42,168 nt of DNA from Campylobacterota bacterium (GCA_030836825.1 JAUPLR010000022.1:1-42168); one strand, 5' to 3'. Counted from the first letter of the stretch, positions 17,560 through 27,082 are shown. A program made the numbers and translations. The notes: generated by a model from the sequence alone, not told the origin.

Positions 17560-19608
17560 ATGGATAAAATTTTCGATAGTCTCAACGATGCGCAGCGCCA
17601 GGCCGTTGAACAAACAGAGGGTCCGTTGTTAATCCTAGCCGGCGCAGGAAGCGGAAAAACCAAAACCATCACCTCGAGATTAGCCTATTTGCTGGACACC
17701 GTCGGTATTCCCGCTGGACAAACGCTTACACTAACGTTTACCAACAAAGCCGCCAAAGAGATGCGCGAGCGGGCAATGGGCCTCATTTCGCAGAACTCTT
17801 TTCCCCCGTTGCTGTGTACCTTTCATAAATTTGGTCTTTTATTTTTAAAATTTCACATTCATTTGCTGGGAAGAAGTAATAGTTTTGTGGTTATCGATAC
17901 CGATGACAAAAAAAAGATTCTCAAAAAAATCAACGCAGAACTTCCTACGGCATTGATTGCCAGTGAGATTTCCCGCTATAAAAACTCGATGATTGATCCG
18001 CAAGAAGCCTATTCTCAAGCAGAGCTTACCAACTACAAAAACATCGCTAAAATTTATGAAGAGTACGAAGCCTATTTGCTTAAAAACAATCTGGTCGATT
18101 TCGATGACTTGCTGTGTCTTGCCTTTAAGCTGCTCGACGAAAATCCCCAACTCTGTATCCAAACCAGTCAAAAATACCGTTACATTATGATTGATGAGTA
18201 TCAAGACACCAATGAATTGCAGTTACGATTGCTCCAGAAGCTTTGCACTTCCCATAACAACCTGTGCGTTGTAGGTGATGATGACCAAAGCATCTATGGC
18301 TGGCGCGGTGCCCATGTTCGAAATATTTTAGAATTTGATCAAGACTTTGCGGATGCTACCGTTATAAAACTTGAATACAACTACCGTTCTACGCAACCTA
18401 TCTTAACGGTCGCGAATGCGCTCATCGAGCATAATCGCTCACGACTTGGAAAAACGCTTATCGCTACAAAAACCGGAGGCAGTGATGTTGTCACCCTCAC
18501 CTCCCAAGATGAAACCGAAGAAGCCAGAAAAATTGCCAAAGCCATACGTGTATTGTTGGATAAAGGGGTTCATGCCAGCGATATTGCTGTTTTATACCGC
18601 ATCAATGCCCTGAGCCGATCCCTCGAAGAGGGGCTCAATCGCGGAGGAGTTGCCTATCGTCTCGTGGGCGGATTACGCTTCTACGACCGCGCAGAGATCA
18701 AAGATCTCATCAGTTATTTACGAGTCATTACCAATGTGCATGACAATTTTTCTCTCAAACGGATCATCAACAAACCAAAACGGGGACTGGGCAAAGCAAG
18801 TATCGAAAAAATTGAGCTCACGGCCATGGAAGCCGGCAAATCGATGTTCGAATTTATTCAAACGTCAAGCGATGCCCAACTGGAAGCTCTGGCTCGTAAA
18901 AAAAGCACCCAAGAACTGCGCAAATTTATCCTTGAAATCAATGATCTGCGCACTATTGCCAGCGAAACCATGTACAAATTTATTGATGAACTGGAAGATC
19001 GTTTTAAAATAAAAGAAACCCTGCGCGGTTTGCCGGAGGAGAGCGATAAGATTTCCAATGTGGATGAGTTTTACGGACTTTTTCGCGATTACGTCAAACA
19101 AAATCCCGATGCTGGGCTCGCCGAATTTCTAAATGACATAACCCTGCAAAGCGATCAGGACCAAATTGAGGGCGAGAGCATTTACATCATGAGTATCCAC
19201 GCCTCTAAAGGGCTTGAATTTGAGCACCTGTTTGTAATCGGGATGGAAGAAGGATTCTTGCCGCTAGTAGGGGATGGCAGTGATCTCGAAGAAGAGCGTC
19301 GTCTGGGCTACGTGGCCTTCACCCGTGCAAAATCCAATCTCACCGTTTCCAGCGTTAACAGCCGTTTTTACAAAGGTCGTCGTACTGACTTACAAAAAAG
19401 CCGTTTTATCAATGAAGCAGGATTATGCGAGGGATCGTTAATTTTGGAAAAAAACACCTCTTTTAAAAAAGGGGATTTGGTCCGACACAAGATCTTTGGT
19501 CCTGGCCGCGTCGAGGGTGTGAGCAAATCGGGGCGTGAATTCAAATTGCTCATCAATTTTGGCGGAAACAAACGTGATATTCTTGCCTCTTTTGTTGAAA
19601 AGCTTTAA
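17560..19608 (+). CDS. uvrD: ATP-dependent DNA helicase UvrD/PcrA
   Basis: AGAGSGKT, TFTNKAA, DEYQD, GDDDQSIY, NYRS, HASKGLEF and EERRL.YVA.TRA motifs, plus a C-terminal tudor-like domain. Start ATG 17560 (MDKIF). Confidence 0.95.
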   Translation: MDKIFDSLNDAQRQAVEQTEGPLLILAGAGSGKTKTITSRLAYLLDTVGIPAGQTLTLTFTNKAAKEMRERAMGLISQNSFPPLLCTFHKFGLLFLKFHIHLLGRSNSFVVIDTDDKKKILKKINAELPTALIASEISRYKNSMIDPQEAYSQAELTNYKNIAKIYEEYEAYLLKNNLVDFDDLLCLAFKLLDENPQLCIQTSQKYRYIMIDEYQDTNELQLRLLQKLCTSHNNLCVVGDDDQSIYGWRGAHVRNILEFDQDFADATVIKLEYNYRSTQPILTVANALIEHNRSRLGKTLIATKTGGSDVVTLTSQDETEEARKIAKAIRVLLDKGVHASDIAVLYRINALSRSLEEGLNRGGVAYRLVGGLRFYDRAEIKDLISYLRVITNVHDNFSLKRIINKPKRGLGKASIEKIELTAMEAGKSMFEFIQTSSDAQLEALARKKSTQELRKFILEINDLRTIASETMYKFIDELEDRFKIKETLRGLPEESDKISNVDEFYGLFRDYVKQNPDAGLAEFLNDITLQSDQDQIEGESIYIMSIHASKGLEFEHLFVIGMEEGFLPLVGDGSDLEEERRLGYVAFTRAKSNLTVSSVNSRFYKGRRTDLQKSRFINEAGLCEGSLILEKNTSFKKGDLVRHKIFGPGRVEGVSKSGREFKLLINFGGNKRDILASFVEKL

Positions 19609-19611
19609 TAC

Positions 19612-20436
19612 ATGTCGTCAAAACTCTTCGTTGCTTACAAACCCGCCGGCATCAGTTCCAATCAATTATTAGGGCGAATTAAACGCCGTTACGGTGAAAA
19701 AAAGGCAGGCTATTCGGGAACACTAGACCCTTTTGCCAAGGGTGTCCTCATTGTCGCATTTGGAAATCACGGACGGCTGTTCCGCTTTTTAAACAAATCC
19801 CCTAAGCGTTACCGCGCAACCCTTTGGCTTGGAGCGTATTCACCTACGCTGGACATCGAACAAATCGAGCAAATCGATACCCTAGCGCCTATTGCCCAAG
19901 AAGAGCTGATTCAAGCAATCAAATCTTTAAAAGGTGAGCTTACCTACCTTCCGCCCAAATACAGTGCCAAACGTCTTAATGGCAAACGTGCCTATGAGTT
20001 TGCCAGAGCGGGCATAGAATTTGAACTCAAACACGTTACCTCAACCATCCATGATATTCATCTTCTACACTACTGTCACCCTTTCGTTACCTTTGAAGCA
20101 ACCGTATCTGAGGGGGGTTATATTCGCTCTTTGGGTGAGATTATTGCGGATAAACTTGGTTGCAACGGTTCACTGTGTGCACTGGAGCGCCTCAATGAAG
20201 GTCAATTTGTTTACGATAATGAACGGCCCATTGATATCAAAACCGCCCTAGGAATCCCTAAAAATTGCTATAATGGCAATGGCGAATCAATCCTTCTGGG
20301 ACAACCGCTTCGCAAAGAGGATTTTGAGATCCAAACCAATGGAATCTACTGGATTGACAATGGGGATACCCTGTCTGTTCTTGAATTCACCGATGATAAA
20401 ATAGACTATTTACTCAACAAGGTTGCTGCATGCTAA
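19612..20436 (+). CDS. truB: tRNA pseudouridine(55) synthase
   Basis: GYSGTLDPFAKG, PPKYSAKRLNGKRAY and SEGGYIRSL motifs. Confidence 0.96.
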   Translation: MSSKLFVAYKPAGISSNQLLGRIKRRYGEKKAGYSGTLDPFAKGVLIVAFGNHGRLFRFLNKSPKRYRATLWLGAYSPTLDIEQIEQIDTLAPIAQEELIQAIKSLKGELTYLPPKYSAKRLNGKRAYEFARAGIEFELKHVTSTIHDIHLLHYCHPFVTFEATVSEGGYIRSLGEIIADKLGCNGSLCALERLNEGQFVYDNERPIDIKTALGIPKNCYNGNGESILLGQPLRKEDFEIQTNGIYWIDNGDTLSVLEFTDDKIDYLLNKVAAC

Positions 20437-20660
20437 TCCTTTCACGCAAACTGGACGAATCCATTGTTATTGGAGATTCGATCATCTTGAAAGTCGTATC
20501 CATTGACAAAGGAAGCGTTAAGCTTGGTATCGATGCCCCCACTCACATTCGTGTACTGCGCAGTGAACTCATCAATGCCGTAAAAGATTCCAATACCGCA
20601 GCATCAACGCCACAAGACGAGTCACTACTGCGCCAACTCGCGCAAAAATTTAAACGATGA
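20430..20660 (+). CDS. csrA: Carbon storage regulator CsrA
   Basis: MLILSRK..ESIVIG..VKLGIDAP..VLRSEL, plus a C-terminal extension with N55. Confidence 0.96.
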   Translation: MLILSRKLDESIVIGDSIILKVVSIDKGSVKLGIDAPTHIRVLRSELINAVKDSNTAASTPQDESLLRQLAQKFKR

Positions 20661-21433
20661 ACCCTTATAACGCTTTTGCAAAAGTCAATGTCTTTCTCAA
20701 AATTACGGGAAAAAGAGGAAATTATCACACAATTTGCTCACGCTTTGTCCGTATAAACAACCTGTATGACACGCTGTGGTTTGAAGATAAGAAAAACAGT
20801 GACTTTGAGATCAAGGGCAATTTCAATTGTCCGACAAAAGACAATACTCTCTATAAAGCCTACATCGCATTGCTAGAAGCTACCCAAAGCGATAAACTCA
20901 TCGCATGGATGCAAACCCACGCGCTGTGTGTTGAGAAAAGGATCCCCTCTTTTGCAGGGCTAGGAGGGGGAAGTTCAGATGCCGCTACGTTCTTACACCT
21001 GTGCAACGATATCCTTGAACTGGATCTTACTAATGAAACACTGGCAAAAATAGGGGAAAAAGTGGGTGCAGATGTCCCCTTTTTCGTTTATGGCTACGAG
21101 AGCGCAAACGTTAGTGGGATCGGCGAAATTGTCGAGCCCTTTATTGAGCCCTCTCTGGAATTTGAAATCAATACCCCTAACATTGAGATAAGCACCCCTT
21201 GTGTCTATCAATACTATCGTCAGCATCTCTATGCACCCATCGACGAACATGAGGCTCATCGTCTGAAGCAGACCGCTTCAATCGATATTTTGAGAAGCAT
21301 GAGCCCTAAAGAAGCCAACGACCTTTATTCTCCAGCTCTTGGATGCTACCGTGAACTTTTTGAACAAGAAGGATGGTTTTTTTCCGGTAGCGGAAGCAGT
21401 TTTTTTAGGCTAAAGGAAGAGAATAATGGGTGA
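20657..21433 (+). CDS. ispE: 4-diphosphocytidyl-2-C-methyl-D-erythritol kinase
   Basis: [33 protein letters not shown] and SGSGS motifs. Confidence 0.95.
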   Translation: MNPYNAFAKVNVFLKITGKRGNYHTICSRFVRINNLYDTLWFEDKKNSDFEIKGNFNCPTKDNTLYKAYIALLEATQSDKLIAWMQTHALCVEKRIPSFAGLGGGSSDAATFLHLCNDILELDLTNETLAKIGEKVGADVPFFVYGYESANVSGIGEIVEPFIEPSLEFEINTPNIEISTPCVYQYYRQHLYAPIDEHEAHRLKQTASIDILRSMSPKEANDLYSPALGCYRELFEQEGWFFSGSGSSFFRLKEENNG

Positions 21434-21878
21434 AAATATCGCCACAAACAAAAAAGCTTTTTTTGATTTTCACATCGAAGAAAAATTTGAAGCAGGTATT
21501 GTTCTGCATGGCAGTGAAGTCAAAGCATTGCGCGCCGGACGGGTCAATCTCAAAGACGGTTTTATTAAAATAGTACGCGGTGAGGCAATTTTATTTAATG
21601 TACATATTGGAATACTCAGCACAACGCATCACTATTACGGGCATGAAGAGCGTGGCAGCCGTAAGCTTCTGCTGCATAAAAAACAAATACAAAAAATGTT
21701 TAAAGCCGTCGAGAAAGAAGGCTTTACGCTAGTACCGCTGAGTATCTATTTCAACGATCGTAATCTTGCTAAAATGCAAGTAGCCATTGCAAAAGGAAAA
21801 AAACTTTACGATAAACGGGAAGATTTAAAAGAGAAAAGTCTAAAACGAGACATGGAACGGACGCTTAAAGGGGAATAA
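21426..21878 (+). CDS. smpB: SsrA-binding protein
   Basis: [39 protein letters not shown]. Confidence 0.97.
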   Translation: MGENIATNKKAFFDFHIEEKFEAGIVLHGSEVKALRAGRVNLKDGFIKIVRGEAILFNVHIGILSTTHHYYGHEERGSRKLLLHKKQIQKMFKAVEKEGFTLVPLSIYFNDRNLAKMQVAIAKGKKLYDKREDLKEKSLKRDMERTLKGE

Positions 21879-21899
21879 CTTACTTAACTTGGAATTTTT

Positions 21900-21932
21900 C
21901 AGAGGAAATAATGCCACTCGCAAGAGCGGCAT
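21900..21932 (-). terminator. Intrinsic terminator-like hairpin after rplS (between convergent smpB and rplS)
   Basis: Minus strand ATGCCGCTC-TTGC-GAGTGGCAT (9 bp stem with one G-U) followed by TATTTCCTCT. Confidence 0.6.
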
Positions 21933-21938
21933 GGAAGA

Positions 21939-22301
21939 TTATTTAGCGCGACGAATCTCTTTGATACGTGCTTTTTTACCTGCAAGATCGCGAAGATAGA
22001 ACAATTTAGCACGACGCACACGACCACGACGAAGTACTTCAATTTTCTCTAAGCTATCGCTGTAGATTGGGAATACACGTTCAATACCGATAGCATTTGC
22101 TCCGATTTTACGAACCGTAATCGTACGGCCTGTGCCTTCTCCACGAATAGAGATACAAACACCCTCATAAATCTGAGTACGTGACTTCTCACCCTCTGTA
22201 ATGTTTACTGAAAGGCGAACGGTGTCACCTGCACGAAACAGGGGAACAACTTTGCCTTCGATTTGTGCTTGCTCAAAGCTAGCGATGTATTTATTTTTCA
22301 T
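21939..22301 (-). CDS. rplS: 50S ribosomal protein L19
   Basis: FRAGDTV, GIERVFP and [12 protein letters not shown] motifs. Confidence 0.98.
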   Translation of the reverse strand: MKNKYIASFEQAQIEGKVVPLFRAGDTVRLSVNITEGEKSRTQIYEGVCISIRGEGTGRTITVRKIGANAIGIERVFPIYSDSLEKIEVLRRGRVRRAKLFYLRDLAGKKARIKEIRRAK

Positions 22302-22989
22302 AAGACGTCCTTATTTTATGCTTCAGTAGCTGTTCGGGTCTGAAATATTTTGTTTTGCATTCAGACATAGCTAATTTTAGTGCTTGAATTTTACTGTGAT
22401 TTCCCTTTAAGTATTCTGATGGAACACCTAAATTGTTGTATATTGGCGGCTTTCCAAAAGAAGGTGCTTCCAAAAGTGGCGTTTCGAAACTTTCAGTTTC
22501 CAGCGATTCACTGTTCCCAAGGACACCGTCTAGGTTTCGAACAATCGCATCCGTCATGACAAGCGAGGGAAGCTCTCCGCCAGTGAGGACATAATCCCCA
22601 ATACTGAAGACTTCATCGGCAAAAGATTCGATGACTCTTTCATCAATTCCTTCATAACGACCGCTTACGAATACGATATGCGATTTATTTGCCAAACGCT
22701 TTGCATCATTTTGCGTAAACTGTTTTCCAACAGGCGCTGCAAAGATGATATAAGCGTCTTTGCCCAATGTCGATAACGTATCAAACAAAGGCTGCGGCGT
22801 CATTACCATCCCTGCTCCGCCGCCTACGCACGTATCATCCACTTTAAAGTGTTTTGATGCGCTGTAATCTCGAGGGTTCAAAAACGAAATTTTGAATTTA
22901 TGCGACTCCATCGCTCGCTTGAGGATCGAATCTTGAAAATATCCTTCGATCAAATTCGAAAAAAGCGTTACATACGTAAAATGCATCAC
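22291..22989 (-). CDS. trmD: tRNA (guanine37-N1)-methyltransferase
   Basis: [20 protein letters not shown] and [11 protein letters not shown] motifs. Confidence 0.97.
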   Translation of the reverse strand: MMHFTYVTLFSNLIEGYFQDSILKRAMESHKFKISFLNPRDYSASKHFKVDDTCVGGGAGMVMTPQPLFDTLSTLGKDAYIIFAAPVGKQFTQNDAKRLANKSHIVFVSGRYEGIDERVIESFADEVFSIGDYVLTGGELPSLVMTDAIVRNLDGVLGNSESLETESFETPLLEAPSFGKPPIYNNLGVPSEYLKGNHSKIQALKLAMSECKTKYFRPEQLLKHKIRTSYEK

Positions 22990-23540
22990 GATGCTTCTAA
23001 TAAATCCAAGCCGCCATCAACCGTAATCTTTTTCGCCTCTAAATCCACTTCAAGAACAAAGCGGTCAACATAAGGGATTAAAAAAGTTTCCGGCAACCCT
23101 TTTGCCACTAGCGCGCTGTGGGTTTTCACCAATAGATAATCTTGCGGTCCAATGCGTTCAATCTCCTCCAATACGCCCAAAGAGACGTCACCCTCAAAAA
23201 TAGCCAATCCGATTAAATCAAACCAAAAATACTCCCCCTCTTTGAGCTTGCATCTCTCGCGAGTGTCCTCATAGGTGGTATAAAGCTTGGCATTCGTTAA
23301 CGCCTTTGCAGCTTCAGGAGTGTCATAACCAACGATATGAACAAGTTCACGATCTGGGCTGTAACCGGCAAGGGTAATCGTGGAGCCGTTTTCCAAGGTA
23401 AACGTTGCATTTTTAGCAAATTGTTCCGGAAAATCCGTAAAGAGATTGAGCTTCATGTCGCCTTTCAAGGCTACCGTGCGGCCAATCGTGGCAACATGAA
23501 TCAACGCAGGGTCAAGTGAATTACGAAATCGGTTCGACAT
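22986..23540 (-). CDS. rimM: Ribosome maturation factor RimM
   Basis: [20 protein letters not shown] and FLIPYV motifs; lies between khpA and trmD. Start uncertain (ATG 23540 chosen). Confidence 0.93.
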   Translation of the reverse strand: MSNRFRNSLDPALIHVATIGRTVALKGDMKLNLFTDFPEQFAKNATFTLENGSTITLAGYSPDRELVHIVGYDTPEAAKALTNAKLYTTYEDTRERCKLKEGEYFWFDLIGLAIFEGDVSLGVLEEIERIGPQDYLLVKTHSALVAKGLPETFLIPYVDRFVLEVDLEAKKITVDGGLDLLEAS

Positions 23541-23760
23541 TAATACGGTAACTCTTACCATCTTTGGCTTTACAGCCTGAAATAACGGTTTTAATCGCAC
23601 CAATCATCTTGCCTTCTTTGCCTATGAGTTTGCCCACATCCGCTTGATTAGCGTGCAACACAATCTCGGTCACTTCATCACCCTCATACGTATCTACCCT
23701 GATCTCTTCAGGATAAGACGCGATTAATCGCGCGAATCCGGCGACGAAGTCGGCTACCAT
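23521..23760 (-). CDS. khpA: KH-domain RNA-binding protein KhpA
   Basis: DVGKLIGKEG GxxG loop; 79 aa, directly after rpsP. Confidence 0.9.
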   Translation of the reverse strand: MVADFVAGFARLIASYPEEIRVDTYEGDEVTEIVLHANQADVGKLIGKEGKMIGAIKTVISGCKAKDGKSYRINVEPIS

Positions 23761-23762
23761 GA

Positions 23763-23993
23763 TTACTTACCTGTAATTTTTTTAACGCGATCAGATAACT
23801 GAGCACCAACGCTCATCCAATACGCAAGACGCTCTTCATCAACTTTAACCGTTGAAGGTTCTGTCATTGGGTTATAGTAACCGATCAATTCAATCCAGCC
23901 ACCATCACGACGCTTACGGCTGTCGGTTACGGCGATACGGTAGAAAGGTTGTTTTTTACGTCCCATACGGGTTAAGCGAATGACTGTTGCCAT
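23763..23993 (-). CDS. rpsP: 30S ribosomal protein S16
   Basis: [34 protein letters not shown]. Confidence 0.98.
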   Translation of the reverse strand: MATVIRLTRMGRKKQPFYRIAVTDSRKRRDGGWIELIGYYNPMTEPSTVKVDEERLAYWMSVGAQLSDRVKKITGK

Positions 23994-24020
23994 GTTATAT
24001 CCTTTTGCTATTGTTGTTTC

Positions 24021-24126
24021 ACGCTCAGTACCTTAGAAGAGTGTTTTGCCCACAAAAGCAAAAATAAACCTCTAAACCGCTGAAGCGCTAAGTCGGAGAT
24101 TTCAAAAAATCTCCTGCTTAACACTT
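24021..24126 (-). other. Predicted structured RNA (two long hairpins) in the ffh-rpsP intercistronic region
   Basis: Pairing by eye gives two extended stems with several G-U pairs that form only on the minus (mRNA) strand. Confidence 0.55.
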
Positions 24127-24128
24127 AT

Positions 24129-25475
24129 TTAACGAGGGCGTGCGCCGCCTTGCATTTGACCCATCATGTTTTGCAAGTCTTGCATCCCTTTTTTGCCAGA
24201 GAAACGCTTTGCCATTTTAGACGCATTTTTAAATTGCTTTAAAATGCGGTTTACATCCACGACGGTCAATCCACACCCCTTAGCAATACGGGCTTTGCGT
24301 GCATTGTTAAGCAGCTCTGGGTCCTCACGCTCTTTCATCGTCATAGAGGAAACAAGCGCTTTGATTTTTTTCAATTCGCCAGAGTTTTCCATGTCAAAAT
24401 CTTTGAGCGCGGATGCCATACCGCTCATCCCGGGAATCATTCCCATAATGGACTTCATGCTCCCCATTTTTTTGAGGCTTTCCATTTGCTCTAAAAAATC
24501 GTTAAAATTGAACTCACCTTTTTTGATTTTGCGGTTGAGTTCTTTTGCTTTTTTCTCATCAACAATGGATGAAGTGCGCTCAGCAAGCCCCTCAATGTCT
24601 CCAAGCCCCATCAAGCGGTTAACAATACGATCCGGTAAGAAGATCTCAATATCTCCCATCTTTTCACCCGCACCGATAAAGCGCAAAGGAACTTGGATCT
24701 GAGAAGCGATTCCTAAAGCGACACCACCTTTTGAATCACCGTCGTACTTCGTAAGAATAACCCCATCGATGCCGATTTTTTCGTTAAAGCTCTCTGCCGT
24801 ACGAACGGCATCCTGCCCGCTCATAGAATCCGCTACGTAGAAAATCTCATGCGGTTTTGCCGCTGTTCTTACTTCGGCCAATTCGTCCATAAGCTCATCA
24901 TCAATCGCCAATCGTCCTGCGGTATCGATTAACACGACGTCTACCAAAACTTTTTTAGCGTACTCTATGGCACCCTTGACGACATCAACCGGATTTTTAC
25001 TGGTTTCATCTGCATACAACTCGACTTCGATAGAAGCACACACTTGTCGGAGCTGTTCTACCGCTGCGAGACGCTGAAGGTCAGCAGCAACCACCAAAAC
25101 ACGTTTTTTCTGACGTACTTTTAAAAAGTTTGCCAATTTCCCCGTTGTGGTTGTTTTTCCTGAACCTTGTAATCCCGTCATCAAAATTACGGTGGGAGAG
25201 ACAGGGGCATAGACAAATCCTGCATTTCCTTTGACATTCAAAAGTTCATACAATGAGCTGCGCAGGGCGTCTAGGAACTGATCTTTACCAATAGCCGCCA
25301 TCTTGGTCTTGATTTCAACCGAATCAATCAAGTCTTTGACTACTTTGTGGTGTACATCCGCTTTTAATAATGCTTTTTTAAGCTCACCCAATGCTTTGGT
25401 GAGTGCTTTTTCATCGTCATGGAAACGAATCTTGCGTATTGCTGATGTAAATGATTCTGTCAGTGCTTCAAACAC
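24129..25475 (-). CDS. ffh: Signal recognition particle protein Ffh
   Basis: GLQGSGKTT, DTAGR and TKYD GTPase motifs, Met-rich M domain; GTG start. Confidence 0.98.
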   Translation of the reverse strand: MFEALTESFTSAIRKIRFHDDEKALTKALGELKKALLKADVHHKVVKDLIDSVEIKTKMAAIGKDQFLDALRSSLYELLNVKGNAGFVYAPVSPTVILMTGLQGSGKTTTTGKLANFLKVRQKKRVLVVAADLQRLAAVEQLRQVCASIEVELYADETSKNPVDVVKGAIEYAKKVLVDVVLIDTAGRLAIDDELMDELAEVRTAAKPHEIFYVADSMSGQDAVRTAESFNEKIGIDGVILTKYDGDSKGGVALGIASQIQVPLRFIGAGEKMGDIEIFLPDRIVNRLMGLGDIEGLAERTSSIVDEKKAKELNRKIKKGEFNFNDFLEQMESLKKMGSMKSIMGMIPGMSGMASALKDFDMENSGELKKIKALVSSMTMKEREDPELLNNARKARIAKGCGLTVVDVNRILKQFKNASKMAKRFSGKKGMQDLQNMMGQMQGGARPR

Positions 25476-25519
25476 ATATGCTCCTAAATCGCGCCTCTAC
25501 AGGGTCTAAAAAGTTTCGC

Positions 25520-25525
25520 ATTATA
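25520..25525 (-). promoter_or_regulatory. Putative -10 box (TATAAT) for ffh-rpsP-khpA-rimM-trmD-rplS
   Basis: AGGTATAAT on the minus strand about 45 nt upstream of the GTG; SD TAGGAG. Confidence 0.55.
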
Positions 25526-25548
25526 CCTAAGTGTTACTTTGTCGTCAA

Positions 25549-26283
25549 TTAATTGCCAAAGTGGTCAAATACCTTCGGCTCTTGCGCCTCAAAATTACGT
25601 CCCATCAAGATCACTTTACGCGCATGCAGCATCACTCTTTTCGACGGACGTCCACCGTAACTCTCATCGCCCACAATTGGAAATCCTGCGTATTTAAGAT
25701 GAGCACGGATTTGATGGGTACGTCCATGATGAATAATAAGCTGTACTTTGGTTTTTTTACCCGATACGATAAGCGGTGTTACTTCGGTAATTGCCGGCTT
25801 CCCTTTTTTTGAAACCTTGGTATAAGCTTTGTTCCCTACTTTTTCAGTAATGAGAGGCTGATCAATAATAAACGGCTCGCTCACGATCCCATCTACCCAT
25901 GCCACATACTCTTTGTAGACTTCATCTTTTTTAAATTCCGAAATCGCTTTGAGACGGAACTCTTCATTTTTAACCAACATCAACACGCCGCTGGTTTCAC
26001 GGTCAAGACGGTGCAATAATTGCGACCCTTTGAACTGTCGCTCTATCTCATCTGAGTTAACAAACGCCGGCTTATCGACGACAATCAAATCGTCATTCTC
26101 AAAAATGGGACGTACTTTTTCCACTTTTTGAACAATAAAAGAAGTTTTAGGGCTGATTTCACCGCGGGCAATCATCACTTTTGAATTTCCCACATATACC
26201 AAACCGCGGTCAATCAGTGACTTTGCTTCGGAATTGGATATTCCTTCTTGTGCTGATAATAATTTATAAGCTTTTTCTTTCAT
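25549..26283 (-). CDS. RluA/RluD-family pseudouridine synthase with S4-like N-terminus
   Basis: HRLDRETSG catalytic Asp, GRTHQIRAH and PIVGDESYG motifs. Confidence 0.93.
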   Translation of the reverse strand: MKEKAYKLLSAQEGISNSEAKSLIDRGLVYVGNSKVMIARGEISPKTSFIVQKVEKVRPIFENDDLIVVDKPAFVNSDEIERQFKGSQLLHRLDRETSGVLMLVKNEEFRLKAISEFKKDEVYKEYVAWVDGIVSEPFIIDQPLITEKVGNKAYTKVSKKGKPAITEVTPLIVSGKKTKVQLIIHHGRTHQIRAHLKYAGFPIVGDESYGGRPSKRVMLHARKVILMGRNFEAQEPKVFDHFGN

Positions 26284-26327
26284 TGTATCGTCCTCAGGTT
26301 GATTTTCAATCCGTTATTATTAGAGGA

Positions 26328-26336
26328 ATTATAGCA
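26328..26336 (-). promoter_or_regulatory. Extended -10 promoter (TGCTATAAT) for the pseudouridine synthase
   Basis: Perfect TGnTATAAT at the left edge of the islet; GAGGA SD before ATG 26283. Confidence 0.6.
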
Positions 26337-26372
26337 TTGAGGGGCTTCAAGCAAGATGGGGTTGATATTGTT

Positions 26373-26543
26373 GCGATGGGATTTAACTCTGTATCCAGCA
26401 TTGCAAAAGCAGAAATTGGGGTAGAAAATAAACATTTCAATCTCGAACATCTGTATAAAATTGCCAAAATACTAGAAATTGATTTGTGTGCTTTTATTCA
26501 AGAAAGTGGAGTCCCGCCTTCGCGGGAATTACGGGAAAATTAA
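26373..26543 (+). pseudogene. N-terminally truncated XRE/HTH_3 transcriptional regulator
   Basis: AMGFNSVSSIAKAEIGVENKHFNLEHLYKIAKILEIDLCAF resembles helices 3-5 of an XRE HTH; helices 1-2 and a credible RBS are missing. Confidence 0.7.
26507..26534. repeat. Degenerate dRS3/REP-like palindromic element
   Basis: TGGAGTCCCGCCTTCGCGGGAATTACGG; the core AGTCCC-N8-GGGAAT is one mismatch from ATTCCC-N8-GGGAAT. Confidence 0.65.
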
Positions 26544-26842
26544 TGAAACAATTTTTGATACTGAATACTGCCATACACAACATGCAAAATTTTAACAAGT
26601 TTACTTTGTGACGCATAGTGGTAAAAAACAAGGTAATTATCAATAATCAAAACTCTACAATCAGCTTTAATATTTTTTTTTGAACACATTACTCCAACTA
26701 ATGGAGAGTGCGCTAAATTATCAATCGCTTTTTCAAGGCGCTTGAAATGGGACGCCGCCCTTGCTGGGCTATCTTTATAAATATGCTCGATAATATCATC
26801 CAATTCATCTAAAGCAGTTTGTGTATACTCGATACTATTCAA
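26540..26842 (-). CDS. Type II toxin, RelE/ParE superfamily
   Basis: 100 aa with the ParE-like pattern IEYTQTALDELDDIIEHI..DSP..A..L..SP.VG..R..IIDNYLVFY..V.ILHVVYG. TTG start overlaps the upstream gene by 8 nt. Confidence 0.88.
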   Translation of the reverse strand: MNSIEYTQTALDELDDIIEHIYKDSPARAASHFKRLEKAIDNLAHSPLVGVMCSKKNIKADCRVLIIDNYLVFYHYASQSKLVKILHVVYGSIQYQKLFH

Positions 26843-27053
26843 AAGTATATTTTGCTTTTATCTGATTCATTGCATCGTGATGGCTCGCAACCGTTGGAGC
26901 ATCAATTTCATGTTTCAATCGATTTTCAAGCTCACGGTGAAAACTCTCTTTTTCTACTGTAAGTGTTACCGCATTTGATGGTAACGTTTGAAAAAAAGCT
27001 TTGACTTTTTCAAGTATCGATTCATCATTAATTTCAAGATGATAAGCTAACAT
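26835..27053 (-). CDS. Putative cognate antitoxin (72 aa, family unassigned)
   Basis: Small ORF with a GAGGAG SD, directly upstream of and overlapping the toxin. Confidence 0.75.
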   Translation of the reverse strand: MLAYHLEINDESILEKVKAFFQTLPSNAVTLTVEKESFHRELENRLKHEIDAPTVASHHDAMNQIKAKYTFE

Positions 27054-27082
27054 ATTCGGCTCCTCATTTTATTTCTATTCAG

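Noticed and set aside
24021-24126. Possibility that the ffh-rpsP hairpin is the SRP (4.5S) RNA or a tRNA
   Set aside because: It lacks the SRP domain IV signature (CAGG..GGAA..AGCA) and has no cloverleaf or T-loop.
26181-26372. N-terminal part of the 120 aa ORF 26181..26543
   Set aside because: It overlaps the pseudouridine synthase start and promoter on the opposite strand; only the part from about 26373 resembles a protein family.
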